A DNA stretch of 64,000 bases from an uncultured virus (IMG/VR IMGVR_UViG_3300042564_004560) (taxonomy: Duplodnaviria; Heunggongvirae; Uroviricota; Caudoviricetes): the IMG/VR virus record IMGVR_UViG_3300042564_004560; one strand, given 5' to 3'. The notes beneath the pieces are model-generated. The model was not told where the DNA came from. It saw only the letters and a program-made list of their open reading frames with translations, and did not search any database. Positions 1 to 9,404 of this stretch are shown piece by piece (positions within the stretch are counted from its first letter, which is position 1; each line of letters begins with the position of its first letter). The position numbers and the translations under genes are program-made.

Positions 1-2
1 AA

Positions 3-1385
3 AATGCTCAACGACATTTTAAATTAACAAATGGTTGTGAGGTTAAAGCCGTTGCAACATCCCGAGATGCCTTGAGGGGTTATACCCCAACCATTCTAAT
101 ATTTGATGAGGCTGCGTATATTGAAGCTGACGGAGATTTTTGGGCGGCTTGTATGGCATCCTTATCCACAGGGGGTAAGGTAATTGTAGTATCCACCCCA
201 AACGGATATGACCCAATTTATTATGAAATCTATGACCAATCATTGAGAGGAATGAATGATTTCAAAATTACTGAAATGTTTTGGTACCGTGACCCAAGAT
301 ATACAAAAGATTTGTATATGGTCAAAACAAACGATTTAGTCCATTTTTTATTGAATAGAGAAGAATATAACCTTGATGAGGTAATCATTGATTTATCAAT
401 GAGTAATCCATACGAGAGGGACCATTCAATAGTAACCGATTATGTTGAGCAAGGATACAAACCATGTTCTGCTTGGTTTGAAGGAATGGTTAAAAAATTA
501 AAATATGATAGACGTAAGGTTGCTCAAGAGTTAGAATGTAACTTTTTGGGTTCAGGGGATAATGTATTTGATTCTGAAATGATGACAGACATATCTAAAA
601 ACCAAGTTAAAGACCCAATTGCAAAAATGATGGGTGGTGGACTTTGGATTTGGAAAGAACCTGTTAATGGTCATAAATATGTTATGGGTGTTGATGTATC
701 TCGTGGAGATTCTGAGGATTTTTCTTGTATTCAAATTATTGATTTTGATGCAAGAGAACAAGTTTTAGAATATGTTGGAAAAATACCACCAGATATTTTG
801 GCGGAAATTGCTTATAAATGGGGTACAATGTACAATGCTTATTGTGTAGTTGATTTAACAGGAGGTATGGGAGTTGCAACAGCTAGAAAAATGCAAGAGA
901 TGGGTTATCAGGCAGGAATGTACGTTGATAACGTCGATACAACAAACAAATGGAAGTTTGACCCTAAGATGAATGAGAAGATACCTGGTATTAACTTTAA
1001 CAATAAAAGGGTTCAAATTATCGCATCGTTTGAAGAATCTATGAGACATAAATTTAGAATTTATTCAAGTAGACTTTATAACGAGATGAATACGTTTGTT
1101 TACATTAATGGTAGACCTGACCACCAAAAAAATCATCATGATGATTGTATCATGAGTATTTCTATGGCAATATACGTTGCGGAGAAATCTTTCCAATCTT
1201 TAGAAAAGGTTGTGAACCATACCAAAGCGATGTTAAATTCATGGTCAAGTGTTATGAATGAGAATAAAAACACATCAGAATATTTTAATCCACTTGTTCC
1301 TCAAATGGGAAGACAATTCCCAATAAATCAAGGTCCATCCCGAGCCGACTATGAAAAATACTCTTGGTTATTTCATTCACGATAA
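3..1385 (+). CDS. Terminase large subunit (T4 gp17-like), 5'-truncated by window edge
   Basis: Frame is open from position 3. Walker B ILIFDEAA, coupling motif VSTPNG, RNase H-like nuclease GVDVSRGDSED...HHDD; lies directly upstream of portal. Confidence 0.93.
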   Translation, partial: NAQRHFKLTNGCEVKAVATSRDALRGYTPTILIFDEAAYIEADGDFWAACMASLSTGGKVIVVSTPNGYDPIYYEIYDQSLRGMNDFKITEMFWYRDPRYTKDLYMVKTNDLVHFLLNREEYNLDEVIIDLSMSNPYERDHSIVTDYVEQGYKPCSAWFEGMVKKLKYDRRKVAQELECNFLGSGDNVFDSEMMTDISKNQVKDPIAKMMGGGLWIWKEPVNGHKYVMGVDVSRGDSEDFSCIQIIDFDAREQVLEYVGKIPPDILAEIAYKWGTMYNAYCVVDLTGGMGVATARKMQEMGYQAGMYVDNVDTTNKWKFDPKMNEKIPGINFNNKRVQIIASFEESMRHKFRIYSSRLYNEMNTFVYINGRPDHQKNHHDDCIMSISMAIYVAEKSFQSLEKVVNHTKAMLNSWSSVMNENKNTSEYFNPLVPQMGRQFPINQGPSRADYEKYSWLFHSR

Positions 1386-1386
1386 G

Positions 1387-1394
1387 TATTTATA
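1387..1394 (+). promoter_or_regulatory. Putative late promoter motif TATTTATA
   Basis: Intergenic, upstream of portal; same motif recurs before many structural genes. Confidence 0.65.
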
Positions 1395-1422
1395 TTATCA
1401 GAGTAATAAGTAAATTTACATT

Positions 1423-3279
1423 ATGGCAGAAAACAATAATAATCTGACGGTTTGGCAAAGACTATCACAAACATTTGGACCTAATTCACTTTTAGGACAA
1501 GATTACCCTACTTTCACATTTGATAAGAAGGAACTTTTACGCACAAAAAGTAGAGAAGAATACGAGAAAGAAAAATTACAAGCACAACAAACTTTTTACT
1601 TAACAAACCAATGGGCTAAGGTTGAAAATAACCTTTACTCACAAGCAATATATTATGAACCATCAAGACTGTCTGCACAATATGATTATGAATCAATGGA
1701 ATACACTCCTGAGATTTCAGCAGCCTTAGACATATACGCCGAAGAATCTACAACAACAAATGAAGATGGATTCATCTTACAAATTTATTCTGAATCAAAA
1801 AGAATTAAAGGAGTACTTGCCGATTTATTTAACAATGCTTTAGATATTAATACCAACTTACCAATGTGGACAAGAAACACTTGTAAGTATGGTGATAACT
1901 TTGTTTACTTAAAATTAGACCCTGAAAAAGGTATTGTTGGGGTACAACAACTACCAACAATAGAAATTGAAAGACATGAGGTTGGGGTTAGTGCAAAAAT
2001 ATCAGTTGATATAACACAAGAATTAGAGAAAGACAAAAAATCCCTTCATTTTACTTGGAAGAATAAAAATATGGAATTTCAATCATGGGAGATTGCTCAC
2101 TTTAGATTATTAGGTGACGATAGAAAACTTCCTTACGGAACTTCAATGTTAGAAAAAGCAAGAAGAATTTGGAAACAATTATTACTATCAGAAGATGCGA
2201 TGTTAATTTATCGTACATCAAGAGCTCCTGAGAGAAGAATGTTCAAAGTCTTTGTGGGTAATATGAATGATGATGATGTTGAGGCATACGTAAACCGTGT
2301 TGCAAACAAATTTAAAAGAGAACAAATTGTTGACAAAAATACAGGTAATGTCGATATGAGGTTTAACCAAATGGCGGTTGACCAAGATTATTTTATCCCT
2401 GTTAGAGACCCATCAGCTCCTGACCCAATTACTACTTTACCTGGTGCAACTAACTTATCAGAGATTGCTGATATTGAATATATCCAAAAGAAATTATTAA
2501 CCGCTCTTCGTGTACCTAAAGCATTTTTAGGTTTTGAAGAAGTTGTTGGTGATGGTAAAAACTTGGCATTACAAGACATTAGATTCGCACGTACAATTAA
2601 CAGAATCCAAAAGAGTATGTTAGCCGAGTTAAATAAAATTGCTATTGTTCATTTATTCCTATTAGGATTTGAAGATGAACTTTCAAACTTTACTATTGGT
2701 CTTACAAATCCATCTACTCAAGCGGATTTATTAAAAATTGATGTTTGGAAAGAAAAGGTATTATTATACAAAGACTTAGTATCAGACCCAGGAAATGGTA
2801 TTCAAGCAACCTCATCTACATGGGCTAAGAAACATATTTTTGGATGGTCAGATGAAGAAGTTCGTTTAGATTTACAACAACAAAGAATTGAAAGAGCAGT
2901 TGGGGAAGAACTTAAAGCGACTGCAACAGTTATTACTAAAACAGGATTATTTGATAACATAGACAAATTATACGGAAGTGCAACAGGTGCAACACCAGCA
3001 GTAGGTGCAGAAACAACACCAGGAGGAACTGAAGAATTAAGTTCACCACCATCATTTGGGGGAGGAGAGGAATTACCTGACCTTGGAGCTGAAGCACCAC
3101 CGGCAGGAGAAGCTCCACCGGGAGGGGAGCCTGAATTAGCTCCCGAATCTAAGAAAAAAGACTTAAATATTTTGATAGAAAACAATTTAATTGAGGGGTC
3201 TTCTATGATAAACTTAGGTCATGGACAAGATTCTTTAGGAGAAATTTCAAAAGAACTTGATAAGTTATTAAATTCGTAA
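1423..3279 (+). CDS. Portal protein (T4 gp20-like)
   Basis: Motifs YGTSMLEKARRIWKQL, EDAMLIYRTSRAPERRMF, DYFIPVR, LPGATNL, DIEYIQKKL; acidic Pro/Gly-rich C-terminal tail. Confidence 0.93.
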   Translation: MAENNNNLTVWQRLSQTFGPNSLLGQDYPTFTFDKKELLRTKSREEYEKEKLQAQQTFYLTNQWAKVENNLYSQAIYYEPSRLSAQYDYESMEYTPEISAALDIYAEESTTTNEDGFILQIYSESKRIKGVLADLFNNALDINTNLPMWTRNTCKYGDNFVYLKLDPEKGIVGVQQLPTIEIERHEVGVSAKISVDITQELEKDKKSLHFTWKNKNMEFQSWEIAHFRLLGDDRKLPYGTSMLEKARRIWKQLLLSEDAMLIYRTSRAPERRMFKVFVGNMNDDDVEAYVNRVANKFKREQIVDKNTGNVDMRFNQMAVDQDYFIPVRDPSAPDPITTLPGATNLSEIADIEYIQKKLLTALRVPKAFLGFEEVVGDGKNLALQDIRFARTINRIQKSMLAELNKIAIVHLFLLGFEDELSNFTIGLTNPSTQADLLKIDVWKEKVLLYKDLVSDPGNGIQATSSTWAKKHIFGWSDEEVRLDLQQQRIERAVGEELKATATVITKTGLFDNIDKLYGSATGATPAVGAETTPGGTEELSSPPSFGGGEELPDLGAEAPPAGEAPPGGEPELAPESKKKDLNILIENNLIEGSSMINLGHGQDSLGEISKELDKLLNS

Positions 3280-3286
3280 TATTTAT
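3280..3286 (+). promoter_or_regulatory. Putative late promoter motif TATTTAT
   Basis: 6 nt before ATG 3293. Confidence 0.55.
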
Positions 3287-3292
3287 TTGAAA

Positions 3293-4000
3293 ATGAGTAA
3301 AATGACTTTTGGAAAAATTAAATCCTTTATTGAGAATAATCTGCTAGAATCCTACAAAAATGAGAAGGATTTCAAGAAGACATTGAGAGAATTCAAACAT
3401 AATGTTTTGAGTAATAAATCTATGTCAAAAGCTTATGACCTATACAACCAATTGAGTACACCTCAAGGGTTAAGTGAGTCTGATGCCAAAGAATTTTTGG
3501 ATGAAGGAATTTCTTTATTACAAAAAGTTTTACCGTCAATTAAATTACCAAGAACAATATCAGAATCGGTTAAAAACCGTTATAACGATATTGATACATT
3601 AGTTTATACTCAAAAGTTAAACTTAATAGAAAGAATTGAATCTAAAAAAAATATAGTTTCTATCCTTACCTCTAAACCTAATACGGTTAAAGAATCCATT
3701 AATATTCCCATAAAATCTATGGTTAGTATCGCTAACCAAACATTAAGAAATTATTTGGATAACTTAGATGAAAATTCTAAAAAAGAATTTATACAACTTG
3801 TTTCTGAAGACACTAAAGTTTTGGAAGATAAGTTTGAAGTTATTCGTGAAAGTGCGATTTCTAAACTTCAAACATTATTAGAAAAAGAAGAAGAAAATGA
3901 AATTAAAACAAGAATTTCTGAAACAATTAATAAATTAAAAGACGAAAAGTTTGACCAAATGAATTTTTTAAGATTAAAAAATCTTGAATCATCAATCTAA
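3293..4000 (+). CDS. Hypothetical head-module protein (helical, possible prohead core component)
   Basis: ORF between portal and protease; ATG 3293 preferred over TTG 3287; several (L/I/V)xE-S sites. Confidence 0.6.
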   Translation: MSKMTFGKIKSFIENNLLESYKNEKDFKKTLREFKHNVLSNKSMSKAYDLYNQLSTPQGLSESDAKEFLDEGISLLQKVLPSIKLPRTISESVKNRYNDIDTLVYTQKLNLIERIESKKNIVSILTSKPNTVKESINIPIKSMVSIANQTLRNYLDNLDENSKKEFIQLVSEDTKVLEDKFEVIRESAISKLQTLLEKEEENEIKTRISETINKLKDEKFDQMNFLRLKNLESSI

Positions 4001-4183
4001 ATTATCTTTTTTACTTTGAATATATTTTGCCTTTAAAATCTGTGCTCTTTTAAGTACAGATTTTTTTGTATACTCTTTTCTCAGATTTAATTTTTGGTTT
4101 TGTTTTGTCTTAATGACTTTGGACTTAAGAGTCTTTAAAGCTCTTTCAATATTATCCCCACTATTAATTTTTACTATTATCAT
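3992..4183 (-). CDS. rpsU: Ribosomal protein bS21 (phage-encoded)
   Basis: 63 aa basic protein with IERALKTLKSK...LRKEYTKKSVLKRAQILKAKYIQ, matching the bS21 pattern. Confidence 0.85.
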   Translation of the reverse strand: MIIVKINSGDNIERALKTLKSKVIKTKQNQKLNLRKEYTKKSVLKRAQILKAKYIQSKKDNLD

Positions 4184-4283
4184 ATAATATACAAATATCT
4201 TGTTGTTTTAAAAAAATTTTGACAATTTGAGATATATGTCTTATTTTTTTGTAGAACATAAACACATATAATAATGAAAATTA

Positions 4284-4721
4284 ATGAAAAAGGGAAAAAG
4301 TGTAAAGTTAAATTTATACAATCCAATTAAATCCGTCTACGGTACAGTAGATTCTAAAAATCTAAAATCTGTTTACATAAACATACAATCATGGGTAACC
4401 CCAAAAGAAGATTATGATAATTGGAACCGAATTGTTTCTAATTTAGGAAGAGAAATAAAACATTCTGTCTATGACTCAATAAACACTAAATTATTTCAAG
4501 ATAAAAGTATTGTGGATTTAGACCTTAGAACTAGTGGAATATCTCACGGAAAAAAATCTTTTTTTAATTTAGAAATCAACCTATACACAAACTCTGAATT
4601 AGATTTTAAATCAATTGAAATTAAAGATTCAATTAAAATAATTGTAAAATCAGTATTCAGAAACAACATACTACAAAACAAATATTTTGATTTTTCAACA
4701 TCAAAAAAAACTAATGAATAA
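4284..4721 (+). CDS. Hypothetical protein
   Basis: 145 aa ORF with A-rich leader. Confidence 0.6.
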   Translation: MKKGKSVKLNLYNPIKSVYGTVDSKNLKSVYINIQSWVTPKEDYDNWNRIVSNLGREIKHSVYDSINTKLFQDKSIVDLDLRTSGISHGKKSFFNLEINLYTNSELDFKSIEIKDSIKIIVKSVFRNNILQNKYFDFSTSKKTNE

Positions 4722-4740
4722 TAAACTATTGATTACCGCA

Positions 4741-4747
4741 TATTTAT
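4741..4747 (+). promoter_or_regulatory. Putative late promoter motif TATTTAT
   Basis: 13 nt before the protease ATG. Confidence 0.6.
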
Positions 4748-4760
4748 CATAAAAGATTAA

Positions 4761-5477
4761 ATGAAAAAGTTAAGAATATTAGAGGCAAGTGAGACTGGTC
4801 ACGGAATTTTAATTGAAACAGATGCGGGTTGGGTTTCCCCTAAAGAGAAACACAATGAGATTGTTTTGAAAGAAGCTAAAGAAATGGATTATAGAAACCC
4901 ATTTGAATTTTATGCAGTACTACAAAAATATGATACACCAAACAGAAATGGTAGGTCATACCCTGAAAGAATCCTTAAAAGAGAAGCAGATAACTACAAA
5001 CAAACAATTGCTAAAGGGTTATCAACTTCTGAATTAAATCACCCTGAATCATCTCTTATTGATTTAGATAGAGTAGCCCACATCATTACTGATATATGGT
5101 GGGATAAAAATATTTTAATGGGTAAGTTAAAATTATTAACTTCACCAGGGTTTCACGAAAGAGGGATTGTTTCAACTAAAGGAGACCAAGCAGCAAACTT
5201 AATGAGACAAGGAGTTACTTTAGGGATTTCATCTCGTGGGGTTGGTTCACTTAAAAAAGTTGGGGAAAGAAATGAAGTACAAGATGATTTTGAATTAATC
5301 TGTTTTGACTTAGTGTCATCTCCATCAACACCAGGAGCTTACTTATTTTCAAATGCTGAAGATAGAGATAAGTACGAAGAAAATTTAGACGAAGAAAAAA
5401 AATACAAACAAAATAATGGAGTTGTTGAAAAAGAAGTTGACTTAATGAGAAAATTAAACGATTTTTTAGGAAAATAA
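4761..5477 (+). CDS. Prohead core protein protease (T4 gp21-like)
   Basis: NRNGRSYP, ELNHP, GISSRGVGS, FDLVSSPSTPGA motifs. Confidence 0.92.
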   Translation: MKKLRILEASETGHGILIETDAGWVSPKEKHNEIVLKEAKEMDYRNPFEFYAVLQKYDTPNRNGRSYPERILKREADNYKQTIAKGLSTSELNHPESSLIDLDRVAHIITDIWWDKNILMGKLKLLTSPGFHERGIVSTKGDQAANLMRQGVTLGISSRGVGSLKKVGERNEVQDDFELICFDLVSSPSTPGAYLFSNAEDRDKYEENLDEEKKYKQNNGVVEKEVDLMRKLNDFLGK

Positions 5478-5489
5478 AAAAACACAAAC

Positions 5490-5699
5490 ATGGAAGAAAA
5501 GTATTTTGTTGCAAAAATTCAGTATGATTTACCTGATGAGAATACAGGTAAGATTAGAAAAATCAGAGAAGAGAAGTTAGTTAAAGGTTATTCTGTAACA
5601 GATGTTGAGGCAAAAGTTACAAAAAAATATGAGGGGTTTACTCATGAGTGGAGAATAACGGCAGTATCGGAAAGTAAAATTGACGAAGTTATTGAGTAA
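5490..5699 (+). CDS. DUF4494-like small protein
   Basis: YFVAKIQY..ENTGKIRKIREEKLVKGYSVTDVEAKV resembles Bacteroidota DUF4494 (recalled, not searched). Confidence 0.55.
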   Translation: MEEKYFVAKIQYDLPDENTGKIRKIREEKLVKGYSVTDVEAKVTKKYEGFTHEWRITAVSESKIDEVIE

Positions 5700-5720
5700 T
5701 TAATTAACAATTTAAAAAAT

Positions 5721-5749
5721 AAAAAAGTGGTCTTAGGGCCACTTTTTTT
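5721..5749 (+). terminator. Intrinsic terminator
   Basis: AAAAAAGTGGTC-TTAG-GGCCACTTTTTTT hairpin with U tract. Confidence 0.8.
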
Positions 5750-5824
5750 GTTTAGGTAATATTTATGTAATAAAATAAACTTTGTTTACAATATGGTCAA
5801 ATTGAATTTTTATCATATTGGAAC

Positions 5825-5832
5825 TATTTATA
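5825..5832 (+). promoter_or_regulatory. Putative late promoter motif TATTTATA (second copy at 5760-5766)
   Basis: After terminator, upstream of scaffold and major capsid genes. Confidence 0.65.
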
Positions 5833-5854
5833 AGTTATAAATAATTAATTTTTC

Positions 5855-7483
5855 ATGCAAGAAAATAACAAATTAGTACAAGAGGCACTTATTCAAATGA
5901 GACAAGTTGAAGAAGCGATAGCCGAAAATGCAAAAGGAATACTTGCTTCAACTATGAAGGAAGAAATCAATCAGTTAGTAAAAGAATCTTTATCTGAACA
6001 AGATGATGATGAGGTTGAATTAGATGTTGATATGGATGACGACGACATGGAAGATGTTGACGTTGACATTGATACTGATTATGAAGATGATGACGTAGAC
6101 ATGGATTTTGACATGGATACTGATTCTGAAGAAAGTCCGATAGACTTAACTGACGCTTCTGACGAAGAAATTCTTAAGGTGTTTAAAGCAATGGGTGAAG
6201 AAGATGGCATCATAGTAAAAAAAGATGGTAACGATATTCACTTAACTGACAATGACTCTGATGAAGAATATCTAGTTAAGCTTGGTGAATCTGAAGAAGA
6301 ATATTACGAAGATATGGATGGAGATATGGATGAAGAACACGATGTTGATACAGAAGATGTAATTAACGCAATCTTTTCTAAAGACGGTGACGCTTCAGAT
6401 ATTGAAGTAGACCAAGACGACGAAGAAGTTATGTACGAAATCGAATTTGAAGAGGATGACGATATGTTAGACGAAGAGGATGACGATATGTTAGACGAAG
6501 AGGATGACGATATGTTAGACGAAGAGGATGACGATATGTTAGACGAAGAGGATGACGATATGTTAGACGAAGAGGATGACGATATGTTAGACGAAGAAGA
6601 CGAAGACGAAGATTTGGGCGAATCTTACAACCGAAGAAAAACTGTTAGAGAAGCAAAATCAACAATTAAACCTAAAGGTGTTGGAATTGGCTCAGGACCT
6701 AAATTCACTTACAAAGATAAAGCTGCGGGTGGATTTAAAGAGGACAAAAAACAAGGTCCTAAATCAGTGGGTACTGGTAAAGCAAAATTTGAATACAAAG
6801 CGGGAGCAAATATGGAAGGAAAATCCAAAGTTGTTAAGGCAGAAACAAAAGAAGGTCAAGGATACAAAGACAAAGAAGATGAAAGGTTAGCAATGAAACA
6901 TGGTAAAATTGCTTCAAAAGACCTTAAAACGACTAAAGCTCGTAGAGATGACGCAGGTTTTGAAAAGAGAGAAACTAAAGAAGCTGCTAGAACTTATGGA
7001 ATGGGTTCCAAAGAAGGTAGAGGACTTAGAAAAGGTATTACTAATAACAGAAATTATGTTTATGGTAATAGTGGAGTAAAAGTAGAATCTACTCAACAAG
7101 AAGTTAATATGTTGAGAGAGAAAAATGAAGAATACAGAAAAGCGTTAAATATTTTCAGAGAAAAACTTAACGAAGTTGCAATCTTCAATTCAAACTTAGC
7201 GTATGCGACTAGATTGTTCACTGAACATTCGACTACTAAAAAAGAGAAAATAAATATCTTAAGAAGATTTGACGATGTTGAAACTTTAAAAGAATCTAAA
7301 AATCTTTATCAGTCAATTAAAGGTGAGTTATCTAAACCAGATACAAAATCAATTAATGAATCAGTAGAAACAAGATTAACAAAACAAGTTTCTTCAGGTT
7401 CATCATCTACACTAATTGAATCTAAAACTTACGAAAATCCTCAATTCATGAGAATGAAGGATTTGATGAGTAAATTAGGGTAA
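5855..7483 (+). CDS. Prohead scaffolding/core protein (T4 gp22-like)
   Basis: Highly acidic, coiled-coil C-terminus, immediately upstream of major capsid gene. Confidence 0.75.
   Translation: MQENNKLVQEALIQMRQVEEAIAENAKGILASTMKEEINQLVKESLSEQDDDEVELDVDMDDDDMEDVDVDIDTDYEDDDVDMDFDMDTDSEESPIDLTDASDEEILKVFKAMGEEDGIIVKKDGNDIHLTDNDSDEEYLVKLGESEEEYYEDMDGDMDEEHDVDTEDVINAIFSKDGDASDIEVDQDDEEVMYEIEFEEDDDMLDEEDDDMLDEEDDDMLDEEDDDMLDEEDDDMLDEEDDDMLDEEDEDEDLGESYNRRKTVREAKSTIKPKGVGIGSGPKFTYKDKAAGGFKEDKKQGPKSVGTGKAKFEYKAGANMEGKSKVVKAETKEGQGYKDKEDERLAMKHGKIASKDLKTTKARRDDAGFEKRETKEAARTYGMGSKEGRGLRKGITNNRNYVYGNSGVKVESTQQEVNMLREKNEEYRKALNIFREKLNEVAIFNSNLAYATRLFTEHSTTKKEKINILRRFDDVETLKESKNLYQSIKGELSKPDTKSINESVETRLTKQVSSGSSSTLIESKTYENPQFMRMKDLMSKLG
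6449..6592 (+). repeat. Six perfect tandem copies of 24-bp GAAGAGGATGACGATATGTTAGAC (EEDDDMLD)
   Basis: Read directly; in frame within scaffold gene. Confidence 0.95.
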
Positions 7484-7521
7484 AAAAATAAAAATAAATA
7501 AAATTAATAAAAACCAAAAAA

Positions 7522-9324
7522 ATGGGAGCATTATTAGAATCAGGTCTAGTTGGTAACATCGGGTTAAAACACCTTAAAGTTATCAAAGAAGACACAATCA
7601 ACAAATGGGACAAATTAGGATTCTTAGAGGGTCTTAAAGGTCACATGAGAGAAAACGTAGCACAACTTTACGAAAACCAAGCATCGTATTTAATTAACGA
7701 AGCATCATCTACATCTGATACAGGTGCATTTGAAACTGTGGTTTTCCCAATCGTTAGAAGAGTATTCTCTAAACTTTTGTCAAATGACATCGTTTCAGTA
7801 CAAGCTATGAACTTACCAATCGGTAAATTATTCTACTTCGTACCAAATATTCAAGCATACACTGATGAATCAAACGCAAACACAGGTATCCACTACGCAC
7901 CGTATGGTTCACCAAACGCGTCTGACGCACAAACACCAAACAGTGGTTATGACTATAACAACACTAAAGACCTTTATGATAGATTCTACGAAGGTAATGA
8001 ACCAGCTTTAGACCCACCAGGTTTATTTGACTATTCAAAAGGACAATTTTCTGCAATCACAGCTACGGTTACTACTGTATCATGGTTAGCGGACCAATTA
8101 GTTCCTTCAGGTTATAGTGAAGATAACTATAGAAAAGTTCTTATTGTAATGTCAGGTTTTGCATCTGATGGAGCAGGTAAATTAATCGGTCCTGACGGTC
8201 AACCGATGGATAACGAAGCGTTCTTATCTGATTTAACAGTTTATGGTGTTGCGGGTAACCCTACAACAGCAGCAAATGTTAATAACCCTTACTTATTTAG
8301 AGTTGTAACTCAAAGATATGGTAAAGGTATTGTTCAATATGGTAACAATAACTCAACTTTAGTATTCCCTAACAGTAAAACTGATGGTGGTCAATATGAC
8401 AACTTATGTGATGCTCAAGGTAAAATTTACTTAGAGGTTGATTTACAAGTACCGGTTTGTATCACTTGTGGTGGTTCAATGGACGGTTATACAGGTTCAA
8501 CTTTCTCATCTACAACAGCTTTAGATAGTGCGTTCACTGCTAAATATAGAATCTACAAAAACTTAGAGTTTGAAGATAGAATCGGTGAGGTATCTTTCGA
8601 CCTTATGTCAGTTACAGTTTCTGTAACAGAAAGAAAATTAAGAGCACAATGGTCTCCAGAAATGGCACAAGACGTTGCGGCATTCCACAACATTGATGCT
8701 GAAGCTGAATTAACGGCTTTATTATCTGAACAAGTTGCAGCTGAAATCGACCGTGAAATCTTAAGAGATTTACGTAAAGGTGCAGCATGGAACTTACGTT
8801 GGGATTACAATGGTTGGAAACGTTTAGGTTCTTCTGCAGTTCCTTATACTCAAAAAGACTGGAACCAAACGCTTATCACAGCGATTAACCAAATCTCAGC
8901 TCAAATCCACAAATCTACATTAAGAGGTGGAGCTAACTGGATTGTTGTTTCTTCTGAAATCTCAGCTATCTTTGACGATTTAGAATACTTCCACGTATCA
9001 AACGCTTCTCCTGAGCAAGACCAATACAACATGGGTATTGAAAGAGTAGGTACTTTAGCAGGTCGTTACCAAGTGTACAGAGACCCTTATTTCCCACCAA
9101 ACCAAGTGTTATTGGGTCACAAAGGAACATCATTGTTAGACACAGGTTACATCTACGCACCGTACGTACCTTTACAATTAACTCCAACAATGTATAACCC
9201 ATTCAACTTCACACCAATCAAAGGTATCATGACTAGATACGCTAAGAAAATGGTAAACAACCGTTTCTACGGTAGAATTACAGTTGATGGTGTAAGAACA
9301 TTTGACTTAAGAGAGTTGAGATAA
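7522..9324 (+). CDS. Major capsid protein (T4 gp23-like) with large central insertion
   Basis: VFPIVRRVF, VSVQAMNLPIG, RKLRAQWSPEMAQD, AEIDREIL, YIYAPYVPL, PIKGIMTRY. Confidence 0.95.
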   Translation: MGALLESGLVGNIGLKHLKVIKEDTINKWDKLGFLEGLKGHMRENVAQLYENQASYLINEASSTSDTGAFETVVFPIVRRVFSKLLSNDIVSVQAMNLPIGKLFYFVPNIQAYTDESNANTGIHYAPYGSPNASDAQTPNSGYDYNNTKDLYDRFYEGNEPALDPPGLFDYSKGQFSAITATVTTVSWLADQLVPSGYSEDNYRKVLIVMSGFASDGAGKLIGPDGQPMDNEAFLSDLTVYGVAGNPTTAANVNNPYLFRVVTQRYGKGIVQYGNNNSTLVFPNSKTDGGQYDNLCDAQGKIYLEVDLQVPVCITCGGSMDGYTGSTFSSTTALDSAFTAKYRIYKNLEFEDRIGEVSFDLMSVTVSVTERKLRAQWSPEMAQDVAAFHNIDAEAELTALLSEQVAAEIDREILRDLRKGAAWNLRWDYNGWKRLGSSAVPYTQKDWNQTLITAINQISAQIHKSTLRGGANWIVVSSEISAIFDDLEYFHVSNASPEQDQYNMGIERVGTLAGRYQVYRDPYFPPNQVLLGHKGTSLLDTGYIYAPYVPLQLTPTMYNPFNFTPIKGIMTRYAKKMVNNRFYGRITVDGVRTFDLRELR

Positions 9325-9344
9325 TCAATATCTTATTTAACAAT

Positions 9345-9374
9345 AAAAGGGTTCCTAATGGAACCCTTTTTTTT
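9345..9374 (+). terminator. Intrinsic terminator after major capsid gene
   Basis: AAAAGGGTTCC-TAAT-GGAACCCTTTTTTTT. Confidence 0.88.
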
Positions 9375-9383
9375 ATTATAGAG

Positions 9384-9391
9384 TATTTATA
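9384..9391 (+). promoter_or_regulatory. Putative late promoter motif TATTTATA
   Basis: Immediately after terminator, 13 nt before ATG 9405. Confidence 0.65.
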
Positions 9392-9404
9392 ATAAAATAG
9401 TAAA

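Noticed and set aside
6449..6592. 24-bp repeats as a CRISPR array
   Set aside because: Head-to-tail with no spacers, in frame within a CDS, and no cas genes in the window
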